A DNA stretch of 64,000 nucleotides from Neophaeotheca triangularis (taxonomy: Eukaryota). Where the stretch lies: contig BAAIJX010000022.1 in assembly GCA_054600435.1 (NCBI GenBank), positions 62,001 through 126,000 on the forward strand, written 5' to 3'. The notes beneath the pieces were generated by a model that was not told where the DNA came from, searched no databases, and saw only the letters and a list, made by a program, of their open reading frames with translations. Position numbers and translations under genes: made by a program. Positions 1 through 12,823 of this stretch are shown piece after piece. How positions within the stretch are numbered: position 1 is the first letter of the stretch; each line of letters begins with the position of its first letter.

Positions 1-755
1 ATACATCTACGAGGCCAATACGCACCCGTACCGAACTGCAACCACTGGCGGCGTGCCATTTGGCTCCGGCCTCAACACCGTCGCCAACTACGATTGGACC
101 ACGTTCGAGCAGATCAAATGGGACGAGTGCTTCATCAACGAGGCCGATTGCCTGACCCCGAAGGGCTTCTCTTTCATGCGTATGCAGCTTGAAGATGGAG
201 TAGAGATTGACCTCTACAACCTGCACGCAGATGCAGGGTAAGGACTTGCAGTTTGCTCGCTCTTGGCCATACGCTGACACCATGATAGAAGCGAAGACGG
301 CGACATCGAGGCCCGCCGGGCTGGCATTGAGCAGATGCTAGCATACATCGAAGAGAACTCCGTCGGACGAGCAGTCATCATCGGAGGCGACACCAACGAC
401 CGCTGGACCAACGAGGGTCGCAGCATCGACCTGCTTACCGACGCTGGGTTCGAGGACCCATGGGTCGAGCTTATCAAGGGCGGCACTTACCCTGCCGCAG
501 ATGGTGAAGCGGACGCTTGCGATGTTCCGGCTGCTTCTAACGAGTGCGAGGTCGTCGACAAAGTCTTGTAAGTATACGTGATTCGATTGAGCGTTGATGG
601 TGTGGGACCGACAAGACACCAGCTATCGATCTGGGGACTCTGTCAGTCTGGCTGCCAATGAGTGGTCGTACGAGTCTCAGTACTTTTTGCAGGAGAATGG
701 TGATGAAGTGAGTGATCACAACCCTATCAGGGTCGAGTTTACTTGGTCGACTTGA
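1..755 (+). CDS. Endonuclease/exonuclease/phosphatase (EEP) family protein, 5'-truncated by the window edge; introns about 238-288 and 568-623
   Basis: Frame 2 reads YIYEANTHPYRTATTGGVPFGSGLNT...YNLHADAG. Exon 2 contains GGDTN and VDK; exon 3 contains SDHNPI and ends at TGA 753-755. NxH, GDxN, D and SDH are the EEP catalytic motifs. Both introns have GTAAG donors and YAG acceptors. Confidence 0.8.
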
Positions 756-942
756 GTGTCGTCCAAAACCTGGTTCAAACAATACGAACGGGAGGAAATG
801 CTCCAACTGCCTCACCGCATCTTCCATGCATTTATACCAGATTCCTCCCCACTTTTTTAGCAAGCTTACCTACCTTCAAGTATCTATGCCCAGGTGGATG
901 TCCGTTCCCTCAATCCATACCGCACATTCTTCCCCACGGGTG

Positions 943-978
943 CCCCACACTTCAACCCCACACTTCAACCCCACACTC
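943..978. repeat. 13-bp tandem repeat (CCCCACACTTCAA) x about 2.7
   Basis: Directly visible in the sequence. Confidence 0.85.
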
Positions 979-1437
979 TCATCCGACCTCACGTTGCTTG
1001 AACCCCCTCCAAGCGACTTCCAAGGTACCTTAGGTACTGTAGGTCCAAGGTCACTTTATCCCTCGGAGGATGATGCCCCGCGTTGCCGGGTATGCTTTGA
1101 TTAAGGTACCTACTGCAGGTACGTACCTCCAGGTCGAACCATGTCCCTCTCTCTTCTCCTCTCCCCTCCGCTTCCCTCCTCTTGCGCGCGACCTTCGAAC
1201 CTTCGACCGCATGTACCTCTCCCTTCTCTTCGCATCCCGTGCTACCTTCACTCATGCTGCTTTGAAGCAAACGCAAGGCATCCGTGAACGCTTCCGGCCG
1301 GTCACAAGGAATCTTCAACGGCAGCTCGAAGCCATCTTTGGAGCTTTGTTGATGCCCCACGCGCTCGTGCCTGGTAACAGAACAGCTCCCTTGTCTTCCA
1401 CTTAAAGTCTATTCATGATAAGATCTAGATAGCCACC

Positions 1438-4400
1438 ATGTGGCCCAGTTCGCGGCCCTTGAGGCTGCACAAACCAACTTTTACCAGAAGCCCGACGTGT
1501 TCGGCACTTTCTCTCCCTCCGCTGCTCGTGGCACGCAGAGTGTTCTGCAACTCGGCACGATGGCAACAAGGCCAGACTCAAGCGGCGGCGGCGGCGGCAG
1601 CGGCGGCGCCAGAAACCTCAAAGGACGAGGCCGAAGCAATCCCGTACTCGAGACTCACCATCGGCGTGCCGACGGAAGTTCGCTCCGGGGAGCGTCGAGT
1701 CGCCATGACGCCACAAAATGCCGCTCTACTACTCAAGAAAGGTTTCAAGCAAGTCCTCGTTGAGCACGGCGCAGGCTTCCAAGCCCAATTTCCAGCCCAT
1801 GAGTACGAAAAGGCCGGCGCCACCATGGTAAACAGCGCACGAGTATGGTACGATTCCGACATCGTACTCAAAGTCCGTCCACCGCGAATTACCGGCCCAC
1901 CCGGTGGAATCTCCATGACTTCTGGCAACAACTTCGTCTCAGGCTTCAAAGAGGGGGGCGTGGTCATCAGCGTTCTGCAGCCGAATGTCGACAAAAACAA
2001 GAAAGTCGTTGATATGATGGTGCAGAAAGGTCTAACGAGTTTTGCCATGGATTTAATCCCGCGCATTACAAGGGCCCAGACTTTTGACGTACTCAGTTCG
2101 ATGGCGAATATTGCCGGTTACAAAGCTGTGCTCGAGGCTAGTAATCATTTCGATCGATATATGACCGGCCAAACGACAGCGGCGGGAAAAGTGCCACCTG
2201 CAAAGGTCCTCGTCATTGGTGCTGGTGTGGCGGGATTGAGTGCGATTGCTACGGCTCGTCGACTTGGTGCGATCGTAAGGGGTTTCGATACCCGATCTGC
2301 CGCACGAGAGCAAGTGCAGTCGCTTGGCGCTGAATTCATCGAGGTGGAGATGGAGGAAGACGGCTCAGGTGGCGGCGGTTATGCGAAAGTGATGAGCAAG
2401 GAGTTCATCGAAGCTGAGATGAAGCTGTTTATGAAACAATGTCAGGAAGTCGACATTGTCATCACCACCGCTCTGATCCCGGGACGAGAGGCACCCACCT
2501 TGATCACCGAAGAGATGGTCGCAGCGATGAAACCCGGCTCCGTAGTGGTCGATCTCGCAGCAGAAGCTGGTGGAAACTGCGAAATCACGGTCCCAGGCCA
2601 GCTCACCCACCACAAAGGTGTCACGGTCATAGGCTACACGGATCTGCCCTCGAGACTGCCTACTCAGTCATCGACCCTCTACTCCAACAACATTACCAAG
2701 TTCCTCCTCTCCATGTCACCAAAAGAAAAACACTTCGGCGTTGACATGAACGATGAAGTCGTTCGCCGCTCAATCGTAACCCATAAAGGTCAGCTCGTGC
2801 CTCAGCTGCCACCTCTGGCACCCCCGGCGCCACCTGCACAAAAAGCCGCCGCGGAGAGCAAAGAGCCGGAAGTCGTAGCGCTCACCCCCTGGCAAAAGAC
2901 CGTCCGTGAGGTCTCAACAGTCACGGCAGGCATGGGCTCAATGGTTGCGCTGGGCAAATTTACCTCTCCCATGTTCATGTCCAACTTCTTCACGTTCGGT
3001 TTAGCGGGCTTGATCGGCTATCGCGTTGTCTGGGGTGTTGCGCCAGCTCTGCACTCTCCCTTGATGAGCGTCACCAACGCCATCTCCGGGATTGTAGGTG
3101 TAGGCGGTTTTTTCATCATGGGAGGCGGATACCTCCCGGAAACCATCCCTCAAGCTCTAGGCGCTGCTTCGGTTTTGCTGGCTTTCGTCAACGTCTGTGG
3201 TGGATTCGTCATTTCGAAACGCATGCTGGATATGTTTAGACGGCCGACGGATCCGCCCGAATACCCTTGGTTGTACGCTGTGCCTGCTGTGCTGTTCGGG
3301 GGCGGGTACGTGGCCGCTGCAAGCACGGGTATGGCTGGACTTGTGCAGTCGGGGTACCTTGTTAGCAGTTTAATGTGCATTGGTTCTCTGACTGGGCTGG
3401 CCTCGCAGTTGACGGCTCGTCAGGGAAATATGCTGGGCATTTTGGGCGTCGGCTCTGGGATTCTCGCTTCCCTCGCCGCAGTGGGCTTCCCAACCGAAGT
3501 CTTGATCCAGGCAATCGGAGTGGCAGGCATTGGCGGTGTCATCGGAGGCCTGATCGGTCGTCGCATCACACCAACCGAGCTCCCCCAAATGGTTGCAGCC
3601 CTGCACTCCGTGGTCGGCCTCGCAGCAGTCCTGACCAGCATCGGCAGCGTCATGGCCGCTATTCACCACGCCGACATCGACACGCTACACCTCGTGACGG
3701 GCTACCTGGGTGTCTTGATCGGCGGCGTAACCTTCACAGGCAGCATCGTAGCCTTCATGAAACTCGCCGGCCGCATGTCCTCGCGCCCCTTTGTCCTACC
3801 AGGAAAACATCTTGCCAACACGACCCTCCTAGGCACCAACATTGCCACCATGGGCGCCTTCCTAACTCTCGCGCCCGGCGCTCCAGCCATAGCCGCAACG
3901 TGCCTAGGCGTCAACACGGCCCTCAGCTTCGCCAAAGGCTTCACGACCACGGCAGCCATCGGCGGCGCCGACATGCCCGTCGTCATCACCGTACTCAACG
4001 CCTACTCCGGGTTCGCGCTCGTAGCCGAAGGCTTCATGCTCAACAACCCACTCCTAACAACCGTGGGCAGTCTAATCGGCGTCAGCGGCTCCATCCTCAG
4101 CTACATCATGTGCGTAGCCATGAACCGCAGTCTCACCAACGTGCTCTTCGGGGGCATTTCCGCCCCACCGCCCACACAACACAAAGTCACTGGCGAGCTC
4201 ACGGCCACGAACCTCGAAGACACGGTCGAAGCGCTGCAAACCGCCAGCAACGTCGTCATTGTCGTCGGCTACGGCATGGCGGTCGCCAAAGCCCAATACC
4301 CGATTGCGGAGATCGTGGCGCTGTTGCGCGCGAAAGGGTGTAAAGTGAAATTCGCCATTCATCCAGTAGCGGGGCGGATGCCGGGGCAGTGCAATGTCTT

Positions 4401-4837
4401 GCTAGCCGAGGCGAGCGTGCCGTATGACATTGTGCTCGAGATGGATGAGGTGAACGAGGAAGGGTTTGGGGAAGTGGATTTGACGCTGGTAATTGGCGCG
4501 AATGATACCGTTAACCCTATTGCTTTGGAGAAGGATAGGTGAGTAGCTTTGTCCTTTTCTGCCGGTACTTTTGCTAGTATTTGGGTGGAGTTCTTCTTTC
4601 TTGCGTTGTTTCGGTTGCAATCGCGACGCTGACTTTGGTTCCGCAAGCCCCATTGCAGGTATGCCCATCATCGACGCCTACAAGTCGAAGCAAGTCATTG
4701 TCATGAAGCGAGGCATGGGGAGCGGGTACGCGGACATTCCGAATCCGATGTTTTACGCGCCCAACACCAAGATGCTGTTTGGGGATGCCAAGAGCAGTTG
4801 CGATGCCATCCAGGCTGCGTTGAATGCCGCAAAGTAG
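1438..4837 (+). CDS. NNT: Mitochondrial NAD(P) transhydrogenase (fused alpha+beta); intron 4539-4647
   Basis: Presequence-like N-terminus; motifs [53 protein letters not shown] and GANDTVNP. Splicing restores DSPIAGMP...KRGMGSGY. Confidence 0.96.
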
Positions 4838-5074
4838 ATGGGACGGAAGAGAGGGGGATTGCGGGGAAGAAAGGCTGGCTGGGAGTACGGACTGCCCCTT
4901 TGTATTTTTTCCCGCGTGGCGATCAGGCGTCTCGGCGTAGTCAAGTCATATGCGGCTTTTACAGTACGTACGGGTATCTTTGCACATTCCACTCGTCGCT
5001 CTCCATTTCTCGCGTTCACAACTACCGTGCTCGCATCATCACCATTCCGCAAAACAAAGCGTCCCACCCATCAA

Positions 5075-6562
5075 TTACAGAAAGTAATCCGCCACAGGCT
5101 TCTTGGCCGGCATACCCCGACTATCCTGGGGCGCAGCATCGAAAACCCTATACCTCCTCCCGGGCCCCGTCCTATGGCCACCGCTCCCCTCACTCCTCCC
5201 CAAATCCCCATTGCCACGCGGCAAATACCCAGCATTACTGCCATCCTCCCCCAACTCCAAGATCGCCGCAACATTGCCGCAACGGTAGCAATAATTCGGC
5301 GCGCTCCAGACCGTGACAATGGTGCTCTCGAACATTTCCTTGAAACCCTCCATGACCAGCTGGTGAGCGCGGCAGATGAGGGATAAGTCGTTTTTGTGGT
5401 TGAAGCACTTTACAATATCCGAGCCGAAGAGGAAACCGGCGCCGCGGGGGCTTAGACCCCAGCCGTCTATTTCGTCCGGGTCCGACCAGAGGAGATCGCA
5501 CATGGCGCCTTCGTGGGGCACTTCTTGTTTGCGGTCTAGGAGGCGGATTTTGTCTATCGAGTCGATTAATGGGGAGAGGCCGCCGTGGACGCAGAGGACG
5601 GCGCCGCCGGAGTTGGGTGAGGAGGCGGTGCCATTGCTGTTGCTTCCGGCGCCTGTGCCGGGGGTGCCTTGTTTGGACTGGGTTTGGGTTTGGGAGGGCG
5701 AGGCTTGGAGGTCGCTGAGCTGGGAGGTGTCGTCGGTGAGTTGAGAGTTATTAATGTGGTTGGAGGATTGGCGGGTGCGGGGGAAGCGGTTGATGATTTG
5801 GCCCGTGGCGTTCATGATTTCGATTTCAATTTCGTCGAGGGAGGAGGTGGGGCCGGATTGCTGTTGTGGGTCTTGGAAGGAGGCGTCGGTGGTGGCGAGC
5901 TCGGTGGCTGCGCCTTGTACCAGTGCGCCCAGGGCTAGGTAGTCGAAGACTTCGCAGCAGTATCGCCAGACGTTAGCGCTGCCATACTTGCGAAGGCATT
6001 CATCGTAGAAGCCGTAGACGGTGGTGATTTGTCGTGATTCGTGGTTGCCGCGGATGAGGGTGATGCGGTCCGGGTAGCGGACTTTGAGGCAGAGTAGGAG
6101 TAGGAAGGATTCCAGGGAGTAGAAGCCACGGTCAACGAAGTCGCCTGTAGGGAATTAGCTCCTAAGTCTCTTACTGACTGGTGAATTCCCGCCATGCTCA
6201 CCCATGAAGAGGTATTGTGTATCCGGCACATCTCCGCCTACTCTGAACAGCTCCATGAGGTCGTGAAATTGGCCATGAATGTCGCCACAAATCTGCGCAG
6301 CCTATAAGCATCATCCCGTGCAAGCTGTTCGAACATGCTGCAAGAAGGCTCACCGTCACCGGCGCATCTACGCCAACCACATTACCCTCCTCAATCAGCA
6401 ACTCTCTCGCCTTGTAGCAAAGCTCGCGGACTTGTGTTTCCGGTATCGGCCGACATGCTCGCAGTTGGGTGATGGCTCTTGATGTGTCGGTCGTCAGCGC
6501 GTTCCATTCTTGTCGTAATCGCGATGAGTCGCGGCCTCTGCTCACTTGTCCAGATCGCTCAT
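5075..6562 (-). CDS. PPH3: Ser/Thr protein phosphatase 4 catalytic subunit; introns about 6478-6545, 6294-6353 and 6145-6201
   Basis: Reads [14 protein letters not shown]..., with GDIHG, GDFVDRG, RGNHES, VHGGLSP and SAPNY motifs. The C-terminus KKPVADYFL is the PP4-type tail. Confidence 0.9.
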
Positions 6563-6984
6563 GGCGACTTTTGCGCCTGACGGTGCGCCTAGAGACTCTC
6601 ACGCCTACGCCGACCGCACACACGCGCGACCTTCTCGCTTTGCTCTTGACTATTCGCGCGTTTGAACCTCGTGAGTGTCTGCCCGTATATTGCTGAATGC
6701 CTTCTTCTTTTGACGCTTCGCCCCTCGCGATGTTGAGGTAGTTTACAGGGCGACGATGAACTTGCGCTGTAGGGTATTGTCTGTACGGCGAGTAAGTGCG
6801 AGAAGGAGAAAGGAAGACGGCGAGTTGGGAGTCGGGAGGGTTTCAGAGTAGAATATATACAATGATCAATCTTTTCCAGTGGATGGATGTAGGAGGTACA
6901 TCCAAACGCGATCGACGCTCGCCCGAAGATACGCGCCAAGCTGTCCAACATGGAACCTTAGCAGGTAAGGTACCTTACGCCACC

Positions 6985-7157
6985 AAGATTAGATGCTAAT
7001 CTCATTTTATCTTATCTCATCTCATCCCTCTTGATCTTGTCATATCTAATCCCGAAACATCTTATCTTATCTCAAACAATCTTATCTCATCTTGATCGCC
7101 CCTCACCCCTCCCCCCTTCCTTCCTTCCTTCCTTCCGTCTCAACAAACCTTTATCTG
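6985..7157. promoter_or_regulatory. Cluster of GATA (YTATC/HGATAR) elements in the divergent PPH3 / FAD-oxidase promoter
   Basis: About 6 TTATC copies, for example tttatcttatctc, cttatcttatctc and cttatctc. Function is inferred, not shown. Confidence 0.45.
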
Positions 7158-7730
7158 ACCTCACCTCCTTGCTCCCGTCGGGCGTCTCCACTTCACCTCT
7201 GAAGTCCTTAGTAAGCAATCCCTACAAGATTCCGGTGAAAAGACAGGTAAGCTGCACCACCGCCCCTCTCATAGATAGCTAAGGTAAGTATCCCTCCACA
7301 TGTCGCAATCGGACAAACTTCCACTCCCTCTTGGCCCTGTTTCGTGTAATAACAATAATAATGTTTAACAACATCCTGACCTCGGCCCAATAATTTCAAT
7401 AACCTTTTGCGATTACAACCTACTCGGCATCTTTCTCTCCGGATTAACACTTCCCGCATGTCGACTGGCTCGCTTATAGATGGGGAGCGGAGATCTAACT
7501 CTTAGTGGAGATTCGGACCAAGCGATCATTGGTACAAGACCTACGACACTTTAGAGACCCTATTGAAGGTAGCGTTGGAGATTGGAGAACGTGGAGAGCA
7601 ATGTTCTGTCTACTTAACTTAACGACCTCACGTCTACCTCCTATTTCACAAGTATCAAGTGTTTCCCTTACTTTCCCAACTACAACGCTCCCCCTTATGT
7701 TTGTCTCTCATCTTGCATACATCTTCAAAA

Positions 7731-9515
7731 ATGCGATTTGATAGTACTTTGACCCTTTGCGGTCTTTTAGGCATCGCAACCGCGGAAACTTCTTACAAGG
7801 CGACCGAGTACAGCATCTCAGACGAGTCTGCTCGCTCGGCTTTGAAGCAAGAGGGTAGCTGTGTATGTTTCGTTTCCCTGTTGTTCACGCTCAAACCACT
7901 AACACTGACTAATACTCTCTTCTAGTGCTCCGCGCTTTCGCTGTTGTTGGGCGGCAAAGTAGTATTTCCAAACTCAACCCTATATGATGCTTCGCTGGGG
8001 TCGTACTGGACGCAACAAGAGGCCAACCTTGAGCCTGCTTGCATCTTCATACCCGACAACAAGTTCGATGTTTCCGCAGCGGTGACTGTGCTCGGGGCAT
8101 TCGACAACGTCTTCCCTGGGAAATGCCGGTTTGCTATTCGATCAGGCGGGTGAGTCGGCGCCAATCATCATATCAAATTCACCACAAGCTTACCATCCTT
8201 CCAGACACACCCCGTTCGCAGGTGCAGCCAATATCGAGGGTGGAGTCACATGTAAGGCGGCCCCAAACACTCTGGAAGGATCACAACGCTAACACTCGGA
8301 ATCAACAAGTCGACCTTCAAAAATTCAACGACATCAAAGTCGACTCGGAAGACCAAACCATTAAAATCGGACCTGGCAGCACATGGGGCGAGATCTACGC
8401 CGTCACCGATGCCCAGAACATTTCGACTTCCGGCGGACGAGTAGGCATTGTCGGCACCGGCGGTCTCATCACCGGCGGTGGCGTATCTTTCTTCTCTCCC
8501 CGCTACGGCTACGTCTGCGGTATGTCGGCATTGGCCCAAAACACTCAGGAAGGGGCATGACGCTAACACTCGGTTAGACAATGTGGAGAATTTCCAGGTA
8601 GTCTTAGCTTCGGGAAAGATAGTCGACGCAAACGCAAAAACTAACCCCGACCTCTGGCGAGCCCTCCGCGGCGGCTCCAACAACTTCGGCATCGTCACCG
8701 AATTCACCATGCGCACCTTTGAGCAAGGCGATTTCTGGGGCGGATTCCTTGTCCTCGACCCCTCAACCCTCGACCAGCAATTCCAAGCCTTCGAAGACCT
8801 CACCGCCTCAACACCCTACGACCGCTACGCCGCGCTAATCTTCAGCCTCTCCTATCAACCCGAGCAAGGCGTCTGGCTCTCCGGCAGCAATATCCAATAC
8901 ACCAAGCCCGAACCCTATCCAGCCACCTTCCGCAACTTCACCTCCCTCCCCCAACTCTACAACACGCTCCGCATCTCGAACCTGTCCGACAAAGCCTCTG
9001 AACTCTCCGCCTCCAACCCCTCCGGCCGCCGCCAACTCTTCACAACCGCCACCTACAGCAACTCCGCCGCCTTCCTGAAACGCTTCTACGAAATCGCAAA
9101 CGAAGAAGTGCAACCCCTCTCCCAAATCCCCAACCTCCTCTTCTCTCTCTCCTTCCAACCCCTCCCCACCGTCATCCAAGCCACCGAAGCCCAAAACGGC
9201 GGCAATTCCCTCGGCCTCGACGAAAGCGACGGAAACCTCTTCAACGCCCTACTATCCGCAGGCTGGGACGACGAAGCCGACGACGAGCTCGTTCGAACGC
9301 ACGCGAGGACTCTTTTCGAGAGAGCCAATGCCGAGGCTGATGAGCTGGGGATTAGGAATTCGTACATTTATCTCAATTATGCCGATCGTTGGCAGGATCC
9401 TATTGAGGGGTATGGGGCTGAGGTCAAGGAGCGGTTGGAGACGGTTAGTGAGAAGTATGATCCTAGGGGGATTTTTCAGCGGTTAGTGCCGGGGGGGTTT
9501 AAGTTGTTTGGATAG
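7731..9515 (+). CDS. Secreted FAD-linked oxidoreductase (FAD_binding_4 / BBE-like); 4 introns (about 7863-7925, 8150-8204, 8252-8309, 8520-8577)
   Basis: Signal-peptide-like MRFDSTLTLCGLLGIATA. Spliced RSGGH motif (covalent flavin His), GGRVGIVGTGG, DLWRALRGGSNNFGIVT, YLNYA and KYDPRGIF. Confidence 0.88.
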
Positions 9516-10856
9516 ACGATAGATCTTGAAGGGAGGAGGGCCTTGAAATTGAGTGTTATGTGCGTTGAGGGAGCGGCGTTGCGTGGCAGGTAGATGAATA
9601 CACAGAATATGCATTGTTTCTGGCTTCTCCCGAGGCCTGGACTTTTTGCTGGATTCTGCCATTCGCTTGGAGTCGCGGGCGACTCTCTCGAGAGTCATCT
9701 GTCCTGGTCCGGCTCTTGTGCTCTCGTCGGCTTAACGAGGCACTGGCTGTCCGTCACGAGGCCTGCTCAGGGGTAAACGTTATAAATTCTTCGAAAGCAC
9801 TCGCCCTGTTAAAGAGGCAGGGGATTTGCTTGCTGGGGTCAGTTTGGGAGATGTCTTGTAGCGATGGATTTTCGGTCGGGAATATCATTGAAGGAGAAGG
9901 GGACAAGAGGTGTCTTCGAGATAGGGTTGCGAAGGCCAGGCTGCAGGTCGCCGGGTAGCGGAAAAGGCGATGGTACCTACAGTTTCCAGAGGGGGCTCGA
10001 ACGGTATGCAAAAGCTCGTGCCTTTCCTAGAGGATGTCGCTGCTCGTAAGGCGACCAGTGCAGCCCATGGTCATTCCGGTCAACGGTATCCGGCAAATCG
10101 AACGAAGGGCATTGCAGCATCAGAGGCCGATCAATTCTTCTGCAGCTTAGCACATGCCTGGGTCGCCAGTGAATGAGACTTCGCCATAGACCATGCCGGC
10201 GCTACCCATGCAGAAGCAAAACCAACCAATGAGCGCCAGCTGTCCGAGGCCTTTCCTGCTCAAAACGGCCCTTATTCACGACCGAACGAGCTGCACGAGT
10301 TGAATTTTGCACGTGCTCGGCTTGGCGAGGACCGACTGCCTATTTAAAAGCCTTCTCTCGACGTTTTGAACTTCGACTTCTTCTCCTCTTGCAACTACGA
10401 CCAACTTCCCATACCCTCTCTGACACTTTGCTACTGAGGTAGTACGGAATCAACAGAGCTTTCAACAAGCTCAACTGATCGGAACCTCCGACGACCTTCT
10501 CTTGATCTTCGACCTTTCATTTCTTGTCTTTCGACAGCACCACCAAGTACCAACGACTCTTGCGATTACAATACATCTACCGACGGAGCTACTCTGTTGA
10601 AGGTTTCACTTTCAACTCCTTCTCTTCCCCGACCTTTCACAGGCTCTGTTCGATAGTAAGTGCCACCCATCAACTGAAGTCGCACTTCTCCTCTCAATCA
10701 CGCTGACAACTCCAAAGTTTCCCAACGACTCCCACACTCCTCTCGCTTTCCCCCTTCAATCCTCCGCATCCTCCAACCACCACACAACCATTCCCTTTCG
10801 ACAAGATTGTCGACGATTCCTGGGACGGTAACTCACCTCCGCTTTCGACCGACAAC

Positions 10857-12823
10857 ATGAACAAAGATAGCGTGAAGTAAGTTCATGTTTCTTTGAGGGT
10901 CTTGCAGTTCTTTGAGCGTTGTTTTGCAGCAAACTCTCGTTGGCTATGATTTTGGACATAAAACTTCAGCTTCAACCGTTCCTCACTTCTGTGTCCACGC
11001 AATGTGGCATCCCACATTCTATATGAGCGTTTACTGACTATTATAGCAACGGTTCCAGCTCCAAGGACGACAGCCTCTCAAGCCTCCAGTTCGAGGATGG
11101 CGATTTGGTTGTCAAGCTTTCGTCTGATTCACGAGACTGGCTCGTTATGCACACCAAGGTGCTCGCGGCCGCTTCGCCCTTCTTTGCCATCTGGTTCAAG
11201 CCGCAGTGGGGGAAGCATCGCGATGTCCGTCATCCGGTCACCGGCGACATCGTTCGGGTGATTACCAAAGCCCTGAAGTTCGTTGACGACGAGACCTATG
11301 TGCTTGAAGGCGAGGCAAGTCGTCCTGTATCGCCAGTACCTTTTGTTTTGTCCTAACAATAGGCAGGAATATTGTCCAAGTGACCACCCCCTCGAACAAA
11401 AGAACGGTTTTCTGCATTCTGGCCTGAGCTCGCGCGACTGGCCAAGGCACATCTACGACATATTCCAGATATCAAGGACGGCCTTGTCGATAGATGCATC
11501 CGTGGCGCACCGCGTTCTCTTCGCCATGCTCTATGGTCTCCCGGTCACCGTCGAGGCTATCTGGAACCTACTTGAGCTCGAACCGCCTGGAATCAATCCT
11601 TTCCCCGATTTCCATTACGCTGTTGAGTGCCTCAGCAATGTCTGCGCTTACGCAGAATACTACGATTGCATATTCACGATTCGAGCCTGTGTGATGAAGA
11701 CCATGGAGTCGTTCGAGCACTTCGGCCAAGCAATCTCCGACGACCCAAGCAGCTACGCTATCATCGGTGCCAACATGCGATGGGGCTCGCTGTATTTTGA
11801 CGCTGTGCGCCACTCGTTGCTGGAAACAGCCCGCTCCCCTTGGCCAAACTGGAGTGGGTTCGAACAACGACATCTAATGCCAGCGGATAGTGCCAAGGCG
11901 GCCTTCGACGCCACCGCGGAACACGTTGCTTGCAGGGATCAAGAACTCGAAGACTCGCTGGTGCGCCTGTCGTTGACGAAGACTTTCGCCAACGCCCACC
12001 GCACCCAAAAGCCTTACGATGTCTTCACTACGCTCGTCCAGACACGTGAGCTTACAAAGGAGCCGTTGTCCGAAGCGGCACAAGCGTGGCAGGTCGCCAC
12101 AGCTATCGCCACGCAGACTTACGGACAGTGGGTCATCACCCAGTTAAAGAGCCAGTGGCTTTGGGTGGCGAGCAACGGCAGTCGGCGTGAAGGGAGCCCA
12201 AGGTATGAGCGTCAAACATAATTACCAGCGAAGAACATTACTAACAACACAAAAGCACCTTGGAAACAACCTGCAGGCTTTTGCGAGAGGCTGCCGGGTG
12301 GAAAAACCCCTGGAGCCTCTTCGGTAGGGGTGTAAGCCGAGACCTGGCCGGTATGTACAAGCTCGACAACAGCGAAAAATCCGCATGGATGATCCGAAAG
12401 GAGCTCAACCGTCTCGTGAGGGAAGCTGTCGACATCATCCACGACTATGACTCCTTTCCGACGAAAGAGCTGCATTCGTCTCACGCCAAGAAGAAGTTGA
12501 CTGTTCGCCTTTGCATGTGGAATGATATTGCTGTGCTGGGCTCCAAGGCATACGTGGCGGTCGATGAGGAAGCGATTCCATGGGAACATGAAGTTGCTTG
12601 GCCTCGGCCGCCGGATATTCCACAAGTGGATATGACTGAGGCATCAGCTGAATGGCTCGAGGTTTTGGGCGAGGGTGAGCAGCAAGATGGCGATACTGGA
12701 GGCGAAGATGTGAGAGATGAACATGGCGTATCAGTTGAGAACATCTTCGAAGGCCTCCGACTGGATGATGGCCGGGGCGATGGAGCGAAGGAGGGTGATT
12801 CGGCCAAACGTGTAGGGGCGTAA
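10857..12823 (+). CDS. Hypothetical protein with a divergent N-terminal BTB/POZ-like domain; introns 10877-11046, 11315-11366 (GC donor) and 12203-12255; probable 5'UTR intron 10656-10717
   Basis: Splice junctions join ORFs 11105, 11283 and 12260 in frame. FEDGDLVVKL...VMHTKVLAAASPFF resembles the start of a fungal BTB domain, and NVCAYAEYYDC resembles the later BTB helix. Confidence 0.62.

Noticed and set aside
712..1405. Several 60-130 aa ORFs upstream of NNT
   Set aside because: Low-complexity promoter DNA with no motifs and overlapping frames.
3375..4343. 322-aa Arg/His-rich ORF and many similar overlapping or antisense ORFs across the window
   Set aside because: Shadow frames of GC3-rich real genes.
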